Part shown: positions 1-47,600 of the stretch, piece by piece | Layout of the letters: every line of letters starts with the position of its first letter | How positions within the stretch are numbered: position 1 is the first letter of the stretch | Assembly: GCA_002269645.1 (NCBI GenBank) | Contig: NIVC01000011.1 | Location: 186,001 to 250,000 of the forward strand | Reading direction: 5' to 3' | Origin: Macrostomum lignano | Lineage: Eukaryota | Length of the DNA: 64,000 nucleotides | Program-made: the position numbers and the translations under genes | The notes under the pieces: generated by a model | Database searches by the model: none | Told to the model about the DNA's origin: nothing | The model's input: only the letters and a program-made list of their open reading frames with translations

Positions 1-43
1 TGGTAGAGCTTTGGAAAGTTGTAGTACACAATGGCAGACTTAC

Positions 44-18601
<18,558 letters not shown>

Positions 18602-20577
18602 GTAGGTTCGCGAATTTACTGTTTAGAACGACGAATATTGCGTCACCAGCCTAGTTGGTAAGGCTAGATTAATCAGATTTTCCGAGCAGTTAACAGTTTA
18701 GCTGCGGATGTCAATTAAAAGAATTATCTTGAGTTAAGGTATATAGTTACCTATTTACCTATAAACGTCAAATCTATCTAATGCTGAAATTATAGATAAA
18801 ATTATAAAATAAATCTTAAGTCATATTCCTATTTTTGATTTTTAGCCAGTCAACCAGTTTTTCTAATAAATGTTTACTTAAAGAATAGAATTTCTATATT
18901 CCAATAGAAATATGATCACCAATAAACAAGTAAAAAGTTTAGATCAACAAATATTTTAGCTTACATAGTGAAGTTGAATTGAAAACAATTTTAAGAATTA
19001 TAGCTAACTTGTAACTTTGAAAGCACTAGTGCTACTTGATTTAGCAAAAAATGCATATATCTAGCTTAACACTTCTACTTCATGATGATGAAAAGTTTTC
19101 TAACGATGCTAAAATTTTATAAAAACAAAAAACTTACTGCTAACTATTCCATAATGGTTAGCCCAGATATAAATCAATGGTTAAATACAAGACAGTATTT
19201 TTTTAATTCTAAAATCTCATACTTCAGAAAAAAAGCCTTAGCACTCTATTTTAGGCCTCAAAAGAAAGCACTAATGGTAATGGATTTAGCAAAGATTATA
19301 GTAATGCTTTTCGTGTATATATACGTAGCAAAGGAAAGTTTTGAATAAAATTGCATCCCTTTGTAAGGTTCACTATAGATAAAGATAAATTTAAAAGTAT
19401 GATACAAAGTGTTAATTTGGTAACATTATGATTATCAATTGTGATCAATTGTGATCAATCGTGATTTTTGATAAGTCAATGTTAGGTAGTGATCGAAAAA
19501 ACTAAGCGATCGATTCCTCTTGAAAAGGCTCCAAAACGGCCATAAACGAATCCTATGCGACCAAGAAGACAGATATATATATTAGCAAAAAATATTTTAT
19601 TTTTAAAGTTCTACATGAATTTCAGTAACGATGATAATACAGTTGTTTAATACATAAAATTATATATGCACTAAATTTAGTAGGTTTTGTTTAAACTCGT
19701 ACGTTATTGTAAACATAATTTTAACTTCATTTCTTTAAATGTTTTTTCGCAAACTTGACAAAATGATTTAATTCCAGCCGAACATGCTATGCTACCCAAT
19801 CAAATTTTAAGAGAAGTGATTCTTTACGTAACCCTACAAAAGAAAAATATTCAACAAAGGTATTTTTTGTTTTTTGGTGGTATATTTCTACAATTTTATA
19901 TTTAAACATTGTTAATGAGTGAGTGTCAGGTGGACGTGAAATACCTGATAATTACTTCGCTCTATGTTATTAATAAGGAATGTAGATGCTCATGTTCGAA
20001 TATTTCTCTAAAATGCTATTTGTTATTTTTCATATCAGTCATGTAGGTTTCCAGACACATTCGAAAGAATTAAAAAAGAGCTGTTTTCAAATAGTTAGCT
20101 ATTCTGATTTTTATTATCCAATGTTCAACAGAACAAAATTACTCGTGATTACTTGTTTTGTATTATGATAAAACCCATTACAGACCAATGCCTTATTAAC
20201 TAGAATCAGTTTTAACTAGAAAATATTCTTGGTTTAGACCTGACTAGATTGTAATCTCATAGACTTTTCCTTACTATATTCAATTCGTTATACATGTAAT
20301 GATCGTTTAAATTTATGAGTAAATATACAGAGTAAATAGTATAAAAAATTGTTCTACCATTAGGGACAAGATATATAAATTTAATTGAAATGAAGATTCT
20401 ATACATATTGGTTTCTAAATTTATTTCGGAAATTTCTATAAAATCGATTATAATTATTACATGAGAATTATTAAATATAAAATTTTAGCAATAAAAAACA
20501 TTGATGGCATGCAAATATATTTAATTTAGACCTAATCAATTTAAATAGTTATTCTGGTACATGCTTCATCATCATTC

Positions 20578-37271
<16,694 letters not shown>

Positions 37272-38496
37272 TGAAGGAATTTTATTAAAGTTATCTAGCT
37301 AAAGATGCGGAGTGATGTGTTAGACAATACTACTTATATTTGCACTAAGCCAAGTAGCATGACGCGGCCTTAACTATCTATATTTGTTTAAATCAAATTT
37401 TCTCCTAATCCTTTCGATTGAACTTTTAGCTGTTTTTAATGACATTTTCAGACCTGATATGAGGCATTGAAGTCACAATTTCTGCAACACTACTCTCTGT
37501 TCGTCTTCAGGCAATATTAGTTTGTCGTGAAATTTAGAGCTTTGCTGACAATTACATTTTTGTGTCTCCGTTTTCACCTGCAGCAGCTAAGAAACTTCCG
37601 TCCAATGGAAAGTTAAAATAATATTTTTTTAAACTGAGGCGAGCTCTGCATCTCATGCTATCGGATTTTCGATGTTCTTCAGCTTTACTTTTTCAGCGTT
37701 TTCATAATACCTTAGCAACCGATACGATATTTAAATAATATTTTTTCTACTGCTGAAAGAAACTTATCTCCATGATAGTTCATCAAAGAGTCATCTGTAC
37801 TGAAAATCGTTCAACTTGCATTTCGTTGTCCATCCCGCTTCGAGGTTCCAAATTTTGCATTCTATTTGAATATTGTAACAAAACATTTCGTTTTTTATTA
37901 TCGCGCGTTTTAACAAAAACTTGTCTATCTTCGTGTGTGCAATTTGCATCATAGACAAGTACTAGATATAAGTAATACGAGAGTATCTTTCGCGGTCATC
38001 TGTCATACTCTCCATCCGATGATAGTTGGGAATTAGGCTTTCTCATCAGCTCACCTATTCTATAGTTGTTGTCGAGCAGTAAAGTAATTTAATCGCACAT
38101 TTTCATTTGACGCTTCTTTTTGCATTACCATTTTTATTGAGACTATTTTTTCATCAATCAGCTTTCTTGACCGTATATCAAATGCAAACTTACTCGTAAG
38201 TAGCAATTGTGTAGTGGCGGTTTTACCCGTGCAACCCGACATTTTCTCGACGTGAATTCTGTCCAGGCACTAACCCTATTCACTATGATGATTTACCAAA
38301 TAAGCTTTAGCTCCCCAGGTCTGTCAGCCTTTTGTCGGCAAATATAAAACTGATATTAATTCATGAAGCTTTAGTAAGACAACCGCGTCTGTTAATAAAA
38401 GCCGTCCGATAATGCAAAACTTTTACAGAAATTTTTTGACTTTTTATCATTATCTAAGCATTTAGTATCTGCAACAAATGATGTAGCCACTGATGC

Positions 38497-39880
38497 TTGG
38501 TGCTGGCGCCCCTTGGTGCTGGCGCCCCTTGGTGCTGGCGCCCCTTGGTGCTGGCGCCCCCTTGGTGCTGGCGCCCCTTGGTGCTGGCGCCCCCTTGGTG
38601 CTGGCGCCCCTTGGTGCTGGTGCCCCCTTGGTGCTGGCGCCCCTTGGTGCTGGCGCCCCTTGGTGCTGGCGCCCCTTGGTGCTGGCGCCCCTTGGTGCTG
38701 GCGCCCCTTGGTGCTAAAGCCCCTTGGTGCTAAAGCCCCTTGGTGCTAAAGCCCCTTGGTGCTAAAGCCCCTTGGTGCTAAAGCCCCTTGGTGCTAAAGC
38801 CCCTTGGTGCTAAAGCCCCTTGGTGCTAAAGCCCCTTGGTGCTAAAGCCCCTTGGTGCTAAAGCCCCTTGGTGCTAAAGCCCCTTGGTGCTAAAGCCCCT
38901 TGGTGCTAAAGCCCCTTGGTGCTGGCGCCCCTTGGTGCTGGCGCCCCTTGGTGCTAAAGCCCCTTGGTGCTGGCGCCCCTTGGTGCTAAAGCCCCTTGGT
39001 GCTAAAGCCCCTTGGTGCTAAAGCCCCTTGGTGCTAAAGCCCCTTGGTGCTAAAGCCCCTTGGTGCTAAAGCCCCTTGGTGCTAAAGCCCCTTGGTGCTA
39101 AAGCCCCTTGGTGCTAAAGCCCCTTGGTGCTAAAGCCCCTTGGTGCTAAAGCCCCTTGGTGCTAAAGCCCCTTGGTGCTAAAGCCCCTTGGTGCTAAAGC
39201 CCCTTGGTGCTAAAGCCCCTTGGTGCTAAAGCCCCTTGGTGCTAAAGCCCCTTGGTGCTAAAGCCCCTTGGTGCTAAAGCCCCTTGGTGCTAAAGCCCCT
39301 TGGTGCTAAAGCCCCTTGGTGCTAAAGCCCCTTGGTGCTAAAGCCCCTTGGTGCTGGCGCCCCTTGGTGCTGGCGCCCCTTGGTGCTAAAGCCCCTTGGT
39401 GCTAAAGCCCCTTGGTGCTAAAGCCCCTTGGTGCTAAAGCCCCTTGGTGCTAAAGCCCCTTGGTGCTAAAGCCCCTTGGTGCTAAAGCCCCTTGGTGCTA
39501 AAGCCCCTTGGTGCTGGCGCCCCTTGGTGCTGGCGCCCCTTGGTGCTAAAGCCCCTTGGTGCTAAAGCCCCTTGGTGCTAAAGCCCCTTGGTGCTAAAGC
39601 CCCTTGGTGCTAAAGCCCCTTGGTGCTAAAGCCCCTTGGTGCTAAAGCCCCTTGGTGCTAAAGCCCCTTGGTGCTAAAGCCCCTTGGTGCTAAAGCCCCT
39701 TGGTGCTAAAGCCCCTTGGTGCTAAAGCCCCTTGGTGCTAAAGCCCCTTGGTGCTAAAGCCCCTTGGTGCTAAAGCCCCTTGGTGCTAAAGCCCCTTGGT
39801 GCTAAAGCCCCTTGGTGCTAAAGCCCCTTGGTGCTAAAGCCCCTTGGTGCTAAAGCCCCTTGGTGCTAAAGCCCCTTGGT
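38497..39880. repeat. 16-bp minisatellite (GCCCCTTGGTGCTAAA / GCCCCTTGGTGCTGGC)n, ~1.4 kb
   Basis: About 85 units; one base longer than the unit at 3538-4057. Confidence 0.97.
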
Positions 39881-40175
39881 TCTCAAAAAAATCACCAGTC
39901 GAGAAACAAGAAGTCGTTTAAAAGCAGAAAAAAGCAAATGTATTTCTTGGGATTGTTTCTTCTAGACGGCGGGAGAAGGCAGGTGTCAAAACTAAACTGA
40001 TGTTTTTTGACTTTCATCTTCTTTCAAAGCCATTTCTTCGGTTCTCAATTGATGAGCAACAATGCGCATTGAAAAATAGCAAAACCCCTCTCTTTCATAG
40101 GTTTGGGGACTGGAGATTTGGTAAAGTTTCTACAGGAAAACAAAAATCGCTCGAGCAGAACTCGCAGGTGCATCA

Positions 40176-41630
40176 TCAGCCAATAGACTCGTAAGCCGGC
40201 ACGCAGGGGAAATTCTCCACAAATGGCTCAGCAGCTGAGCTGTCAGTGACCGGAGTGGTGTTGGGCGTTGGCTCGGGCCAGCGGCAGGTGCGCTCGGGGG
40301 TCCAATACTTCCTGCCGTAGTCAAGGAACAGCTCCACAGATCCGCCGCGCGGCACCAGGATGTCCTTAACCGTCTGAATGTAGAACGACGTCTCACCTTT
40401 CTCGGCGACCAACTCGACGTTGACCTCGTCCGGGTTCGGATGATGATTGATGAAGCGAGCGATGCCGCCGAGGCTGCTGCGCGAGTCGATGCAGAAGTTG
40501 TCGCAGCCCTCGAACACGTAGTAGTAGGGCGCGCTGCAGTCCGCGTACCGGCGGTAGATTCGCTGGCGATTGCGGAAGCAGCCAGTGAACGACATTATGA
40601 TTGTGTTCTTTCGTACCGAAGCTGTCAAAAAGACGCCTTTGCCGGCCTCTGGGACGGTTGACGTCTTCACTTGGATGTTGAACGAGGCCAGATGGCTACG
40701 ACAGACCGGATGCGTGAAAGTGCAAATTCTGTTGCAGCCGCGCACTACGCATTCCATCTCGGCAACTGTCTGGCGCTTGCGAAGATCCATGTAGTCCGGG
40801 TCCATCAGCTGCGGACACGGCAGAGGGAACAGGATGCGATGCTGGGAGCACATCTCGAGCAGCTGCGGCAGGTGGAAGCTGGGGCACACGGGGAAATTAG
40901 GATCGTGCACAATGGACCGATAAGCCGGGAACACTGGCCAGTCCTCCGGCTCGATGAAGGACTCAGGCTCCTCATCTTCTTCCGTTCCCGTGTCCATCGA
41001 ACGCGACAGAGGTTTGCTTGGCTCGATATCGTACCAATAGTTCTCGCCATAGTCAACAAAGAGCTCGACCTCTCCGCCAGCCGGGACAACAATGTCCTTG
41101 CTGGTCACTATGCGATAGTGCAGCAGGTCCGGGTCGTATTGGAAGAATACGTTGACTTGCTCGGGATCCGGGTTGTGATTGACGTAGCGTCCAAGGCCGC
41201 AGATCGTGCTTCGACCGTCCATGGAGTTTTCGTTGTCAACGCTGATCTTGTAGAAGCTGCGCGTGCCGGCCTCCTCGTAGGCCGCGTGCAGTTCATCGTT
41301 GGGCCGCAACACGCCAGTGTAGTCCATCAGGTGAGTGTCTGCCCGAACCGATTTGTAAATGAAGACGCCCAAGCCGGCTCCGGGGATGGTCGATTCTTTC
41401 AGGTCGACGTGAAAACCAGTGCGCGCGTGATGGTGACAGACCGGGTGTAGGAACTTGCACATCTCTTCGCAGCCGCGAACAACACATGGCAGGCGGTGTA
41501 TGTCTTGCTTCTGCTTGCGATCCACGTTCTTGTAATAAAGGTACTGCGGCCGAGGATGATCCAGGAGGCGGCTTTGGCCGCGAGCCTCGCGAATCAGCTG
41601 TTCGAGTGGAACACCCTCGGTGGCTTCCAT
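40176..41630 (-). CDS. Tandem double (Cys/His knuckle + SET domain) protein, putative lysine methyltransferase, 484 aa
   Basis: Two modules: STIPGAGLGVF / STVPEAGKGVF, GRYVNH / ARFINH, ELFVDYGENYW / ELFLDYGRKYW, each preceded by CVVRGC..C..HPVC..H. A possible extra 5' exon at 41887-41733 splices in frame (weak donor). Confidence 0.9.
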   Translation of the reverse strand: MEATEGVPLEQLIREARGQSRLLDHPRPQYLYYKNVDRKQKQDIHRLPCVVRGCEEMCKFLHPVCHHHARTGFHVDLKESTIPGAGLGVFIYKSVRADTHLMDYTGVLRPNDELHAAYEEAGTRSFYKISVDNENSMDGRSTICGLGRYVNHNPDPEQVNVFFQYDPDLLHYRIVTSKDIVVPAGGEVELFVDYGENYWYDIEPSKPLSRSMDTGTEEDEEPESFIEPEDWPVFPAYRSIVHDPNFPVCPSFHLPQLLEMCSQHRILFPLPCPQLMDPDYMDLRKRQTVAEMECVVRGCNRICTFTHPVCRSHLASFNIQVKTSTVPEAGKGVFLTASVRKNTIIMSFTGCFRNRQRIYRRYADCSAPYYYVFEGCDNFCIDSRSSLGGIARFINHHPNPDEVNVELVAEKGETSFYIQTVKDILVPRGGSVELFLDYGRKYWTPERTCRWPEPTPNTTPVTDSSAAEPFVENFPCVPAYESIG

Positions 41631-42040
41631 TTTCAGGCTGTGTAGGAGTGTGCTGTCTCGATAATACCGCGATGAAGAATGCTTTGCTGAACGCTGCTTA
41701 ACTTAAGCCTCGACCGCGACAGTTTGGTAAACCTTTTATCTATCTGACTGATTCGCTTGAAAGTCTCGTTAGTAACAAACTCTGTTTCAACTTTGCCTAT
41801 CCAAAAGTTTGCCTTGTCTGTGCCATAGATAGTTTTGCTCTCGAGGCGCAAGGAATCGCAGTCTTTTAACTGCACTTTAAGCCGCATATCTATTTAGTGT
41901 AAATACGAGCGAAGTTTAACTAAGCAAAAATTACACCTGAATTAGCGCATTTGTAACACTATTTACTGTTTATCTATTCGAAACATTTAATTATGTTAGC
42001 ATTTGCATTCGTCATTCATTTCGAACTTTGAAATTCTGTT

Positions 42041-44206
42041 TCATTCAGCCTCGCTAGCATCTTCGGCGTCGTCCACGTCTCGCAGCCGATGCGTTTGTCC
42101 TGGAACTCTAGTCTGCATAAAAATATTCAAGCGATGAAGGCCACTAGCAAAGCTTCTGCTCCTAATGTCGTACACGAATGCCTAAAATTGAAGTAATATT
42201 TGCCAGTGACGCGATAATAATGATGAATATATAACAAAGAACCAATATGCAGTTTCGCATTTTCTTGCCACTTACATCCGAGATGAAAAGCTTTGTGCTA
42301 ATCGGGCCGGACATTGCAGCCGCTAGCAATTGCTGCGCATTGACTCTGCAGCCTTGCAGTCGCTTCTCAAAGAGACAAAAAAGCGGAAAAAAGTTTTCTA
42401 CCAGCTTTGGACAGTCTACTATCTTGTTGCCAGAGACCGTCACACATAGACACCGAATCTGCTGCAGTTTTGTTAACGCGATCGACTTGGCCGAAGACAC
42501 AGTCAGACAATTGTCCGTATCCTCTGGACACCGAATGTAGCCTAGCGATGCACTGGTTGGGCCATCTTCCAGCAGCTCGGGCTCGACCAGACGGCCCATC
42601 TTGAAGAGAGCGGCGGCTCTGAGGCAGGCCTTTGCCACCGGGGCGCAGCTTGGAATCACTCGTTCGACATTCAACAAAAGTTGTATCAAGCTGTTTGACT
42701 CGAAGCCAACCAGAGCTTCATTCTTGATGTTTCGATAAATTTCATCAGCCTTTCTGATCGTACCATGATAGGAATGCCTAGAAAAACTGTGATCAGCCGA
42801 ATCCAGCAGCTCCAGTTTAAGAATGTTGTTAGCCAAGAAAGAAAAGAATATCACGTTGACTCGGAAGTTCGGTAGCAGCTCTCGAAACCCTGCCAGGTCT
42901 CTGATCAAGTTAGCTGACGACTGACGAATCGCCTCAACTATCCTTGTCTTTGAATCGTGCTCTTGCTTAAAGAATATCCTAGCGTCGCGGAGAAAAAATG
43001 TCTCATGTACACATGATGCAAGTCTGAGCTCTCTATCAGTGCAACTAGCATATCCAGCGACTGTTGCACGAACGTCAGCAGGTTCTCCGGCTTCCAGTCC
43101 TCTGGCGGTGTTTCATCCAGCATGTAGAACAGCAGATTATTTGCCACATAAGTCTTCAGACCGGCTACTCTACTGCTGATCACCTTCTTGATGAGGAACT
43201 TGACGAGAATAAAAAATTGACCCTGCACTGTAGTGAGGTTTTGCATGATGGATCGCTCAAGTAAAGTTGTGCTCACTCGCAGCCGGCTGCCGTCGAGACC
43301 CGGTGGTGCAGTGTTGACGGCGTGACACCTTGGCGACTCTCCAAAGACCTCCTCTCTAAGCGCCTCCATGATGTCATCCGACATGAAAGTCCTGTACCCG
43401 GGCCGTAACAGCTCGATGTGGGGGTAGCCGCAGCAGGGATACGCCAAAATCAGATCAATAGCTGGCAGGTATTGCGACTATTTTATTGGGATTTTCGGTG
43501 CCGAAACTGCAACATTTAGACAAGGAAGAAATCGCATCTAGGTAGATTCGACACTTGTCAATAAACAAATAAAACCACCGTACAGTAAAACTTTTCTGGC
43601 AAATAGAAAAATCTGACGAATACGTGCGTAGACTGGCACTCACTCAGTGCAGTCGAAATGACTCACTCATCGTTCAGATAGTGCACGTACTATTAACAAA
43701 ATTTAGCTCGGGATGTATCAGGCATTATGCCTCATGAACAAAATCGTGCAAGACCCAGGAGATCCAAACCCAGGAGACACGTCAGGGCAATCCTTTCTCC
43801 TTTCAACCCCTAGAGGCACCCACTCACTATCGACACATGCCTTGACGTTCCCGTCTTCGTACTCGGCAGGCGCGCTCAGCTTGCATTCTTCGCGACAAAT
43901 TCTAGCCCACTGACCATCGGCGACATGTGGGTGAAGATGTATCAACTTATTCGCGTCGGAGTCAGCGATGATAGTAGTCAAGTCGATGTCGGAATCGGAA
44001 GCAACGCTGCCGTCGATTCGACTCAAATTAGAGCCCCAACTGTCGGCGTAACTGCCGAAAATGTAGGAATTTCTGAGCAGCAGTTTGAGCAGGTCCTCAA
44101 TGGCAGAGACAAAGCCGCTTTGCATCAGCGCGTTGGTTGAGCAGAAGCCGGCGGTGCGCATGGCCGATGACAGAGACAGGCTCTCGGCTGCCAGATGCAC
44201 TGTCAT
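42041..44206 (-). CDS. Mab-21/cGAS-like nucleotidyltransferase (cGLR-type) with a 1-nt frameshift (assembly error or pseudogene)
   Basis: Exon 44206-43828 has FGSYADSWG..SDSDIDL. Exon 43461-42276 has IDLILAYPCCGYP, LRVSTTLLER, LKTYVANNLLFYML..W.PENLL and MRHFF, with a frameshift in the T6 run at 42993-42998. Putative last exon 42112-42041. Intron positions are inferred. Confidence 0.8.
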
Positions 44207-44680
44207 TTTCCTCTTTGATTTCTTTAACTGTTGACAGTCCTGCGGCGGACACACTCGTAAGTTTTTATAGTTTCTTTTGAGTATTGCTTTTGGTAGCTAA
44301 AACAGGGATCTGGCAGCTTAAATTTGGGCTCCATATTGTTTCTTTTCTGCTCCAAAATCAACAGTAAAATGTGTGTAATAAATTCATAGGGTCGTAGGGT
44401 CGCGTAGGGTCGCGTTTTAGGTATGTAACCACAGTTGTAAATACGGATACAAAGTGCAAAGAAAATAACTTTCATGATAATAATACGCTGATATATTTAA
44501 TTTTAATTCCACCTGTGCTAAAGTGCAGCAACTAAGTTTCGGTAATTTTATAGTGATTCAACTACTAAGCCAAAGCTACGAGTTAAGCTACGATAGTAAT
44601 GAAACTGACTAGTGGCAGAATGAAAATTCAACTTTCAAGGCAGTATGCGTCAAGCCAGTTTACTACCAAACAGGCTGCAC

Positions 44681-47600
44681 TCAGTCCAGCTGATGCTGAT
44701 TGTTGTTGACAAACGAACCCGTTGGCGAGGCAGCCGCCGACGACCTTAACAGCAGATGACTGTCCGGAGTGAACGATCGAACTAGGTCCGGATTTCCGGC
44801 CAGCAGTTGCTGCGCCTTTGACTGCGAGCGCAGAATCAGCTGCTCGACCTGATCGGCGTGGCCCAGGCCGTGCGACTGATGATTTTGCTGCTGCTGTTGC
44901 TGCTTGCGGGCCCGAGACAGCTGGCCCCGGAGGTACTCAACCTCGTCCTCGAGCGTGGCCGCTTTGGACTTGACGGCGGACAGCTGGGATCGCTCTTGGC
45001 TGACCAGGGCGTCCAGCTCGGCCACCCGCTGCCTGTGCTGAGCGGTCAGCTGCGATTCTCGCTGCTTAAACCGGGCCTCCCGCTCTTTGCTATTCGTCTC
45101 AGCAGCTTGCAAACGGTTGCGTAGAGCTTCAAGTTCAGTTGCTAAGGACCTCCTGGCGGTTTCCGACTCTTCCAGCTGCGACAGTCGCCGTTGCAGCTCC
45201 CCGATGGAGCTTTCCAGCTCGGCGACGCGTTTCTTTGCCGCCGAGGCCGACTTTTCCGCCTCTGACAACGCCGCCTCCGCGCGCTCCAGCTGACGTCGCA
45301 TCGACTCCGCTTCGTTGGCTTCCTTGGCGCGCTCTCGGAGCTCGCGTTTCAGCTGGTCCGACTTGGACTTCAGCGCTTCGCTGCGGGTCACCAGCGTTTG
45401 CCGCTCCAGCTGCCAGTCGGCCTCCGCCTGTTGAAGCGACTCCTTCAGCGCCTGTTTCTCCCCGGCCAAAGCTCGATTGTCCAGCGCCAGCTTGTCCGCG
45501 CGGTTCTTCAATCGTTCAACAACATTCACCAGAGCTTCGGCTTTGTCGCCACCCTCGGCCGAGACGCGGCCGAGCTCTTCGTTGTCGCGCGTCAGCTCGG
45601 CGCATTTGACGCGCAGCTGCTGCAGACCGGCCTCGGCCGCCGCCTGCCGCTCTTGCGCTAGAGCGCAGGTCGACTGTAGCTGTGAGTTCGACTCGCGCGC
45701 GGCGTCCAAACGCGCCGTGGCGTCGCGCAGCTCAGCGCGCAACTGCTCAGCCTGATCGCGACAGGCACGAAGGGCGGCGGCCTCCGCCGAAGCCGCTTCT
45801 AATCGGCGCGCCGTCGCTTCGGCCTCGCGACCGGCCGCTTCTGCACGTTTACGTTCAGCGCGCAGACGGGCCCCGCTGGCGCCGAGCGCTTCGCGAAGCT
45901 GGCCAACCTCGTCAGCGCGCCGGCGTTCCTCTGCGCGTAGCCGCTCGCGCAGTTCTGCAGCGGCGGCCCGGGTCGACTCCAGCGCCGCCTGAGCCGCCGA
46001 AGCGCCTGGCGCGCCGCTACCGATGGTCGCGGCAACTCCGACGGATCTAGCATTAGCGTCCATAGAGCCGTAGGCCGTGTCGCTGAGGCGCCACTCGGCG
46101 TCCCTGGCCGCGCGCTCCAGTTCCTCCAGCGCTTGACGCGCCCGCTGCAATTCCAGCCGGGTTTTTCCGTCGAAAGTGCCGATTGAAGCGTCATTGTCGT
46201 CGTCGGCTTCTTCTTCCGGCACGGAGACAAGCTGGAGCGTCTTGCGCAGGTGCCCGACGGTCTGGTCGCAGCGAGCGCGCAGCTCACGTACGGCCGACTC
46301 GCTGGAACCCGCGGCAGAGCCCAGCCTCTTTAGCTCCTCCATCAGGCGATCCTTCTCCGCCTCCTGATTGGCCGCGACTCGTCTGCTCAACTCGAGCTCC
46401 CGACGGAGAGCCGTCAGATCGGCGCCGCGAGACTCCGCTTGCTGGCGCTCGGATTGTTGGCGCTGGCGCTCCGCTTCCAGCTGGGCGCGCAGCTCCGACG
46501 CTTCATGGCGAGCGGCGTCGCGTTCGCTGACCGCGGAGCGAAGAGCCTCGTCCCTAATAGGCAATGGTCAGAAGGCAAACTTGGGTCACGGATGTTTTGT
46601 GCAATGGTTGAGTCAAAACTCTTACTACTTGTACTCATTTAGTCATTTAAGCTAAGCAACAAGCCACTCAAAGCCAGCGGAAGAACAGGTAAGTTAAGAC
46701 TACTCCGCTAAAAACAGTTATATCCTTGTCAAAAACCTAAACTCCTCAGAGAGACATCTGAGTTGTGGTCTCACCTGCCGCTAATCTGGTCGCGAACGTC
46801 TCTGCCAGAGCTGGTCAGCTGGTCAGTCAGCGCCCGCACCTGATCGCGCAGGCTCCGCCTCTCTTCATCGGCGGCCTGAAACTTGAACTCGAAGCTGCGC
46901 AGCTCCTGTGCCTGCTCTTTGGCCGCGGCCAGCTCTGCGGTCAGCCGGTCAAGTCGCTCTTTGTCGGCCTCCCAGCGCCGGTTAACCCGATCGAAGTTCG
47001 CCGCTATGCCGTCGCGTTCGCGTTTGGTCTCCTCCAGGCCGCTGGCCGCCTGTAGAGCCTCCTCTAGGCGGGCCTTCTCGTCGGCCATCATCCGCAGCTT
47101 CTCCCGGTAGACGTCTAGCTGGTTGCGCAGCTCGCCAACCTCAGCTGACGGTGGCTCCTTAGTCGTTGAAGAAGTAGCAGCAGCAGCTGCAGCCGCGGCC
47201 GCCGTTGCCGGTCGCAGATGGTCGAGCCGCTCCAAGCTGGCCAGCACCCGGCTGAGGTTCGCCTCGGATGACGAGATACCGCCGCCGCCGGCGCTGCCGC
47301 CACCTCCGCCTCCACCGCTGACTTCCAGCGCCCTCAGAGCATCATCCTTGACGGCCACCTGGTCGCGAAGGCGCTCAACCTCGGCTGCATTGGCGGCGGC
47401 GGAATCCGCCAGGCTGTCCAGATGGGCGAGCTGGTTGGCCGAGGACACGCCTAGGGAAGCCAAGCGCAGCTGAAGAGCGCTTAAGCTACGCTTGGTGACT
47501 TGGTGCCGGTACCAGAGGCACTGCACCACCTGATGCTCATCCGAGATTCCCTCCTCGTCGCGCACCCGATCGGCAAGAATGTCGCCATCTTCCAGTTGGT

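Noticed and set aside
19082-19348. 88-aa AT-rich ORF and similar short AT-rich ORFs (e.g. 51602-52049, 58584-58925)
   Set aside because: Composition is unlike the confirmed exons, with no motifs or splice support.
40176-44206. SET + cGLR block as bacterial or viral contamination
   Set aside because: The cGLR has plausible GT/AG introns and the block is contiguous with host satellites and spliced genes; no phage, viral core or operon-type genes nearby.
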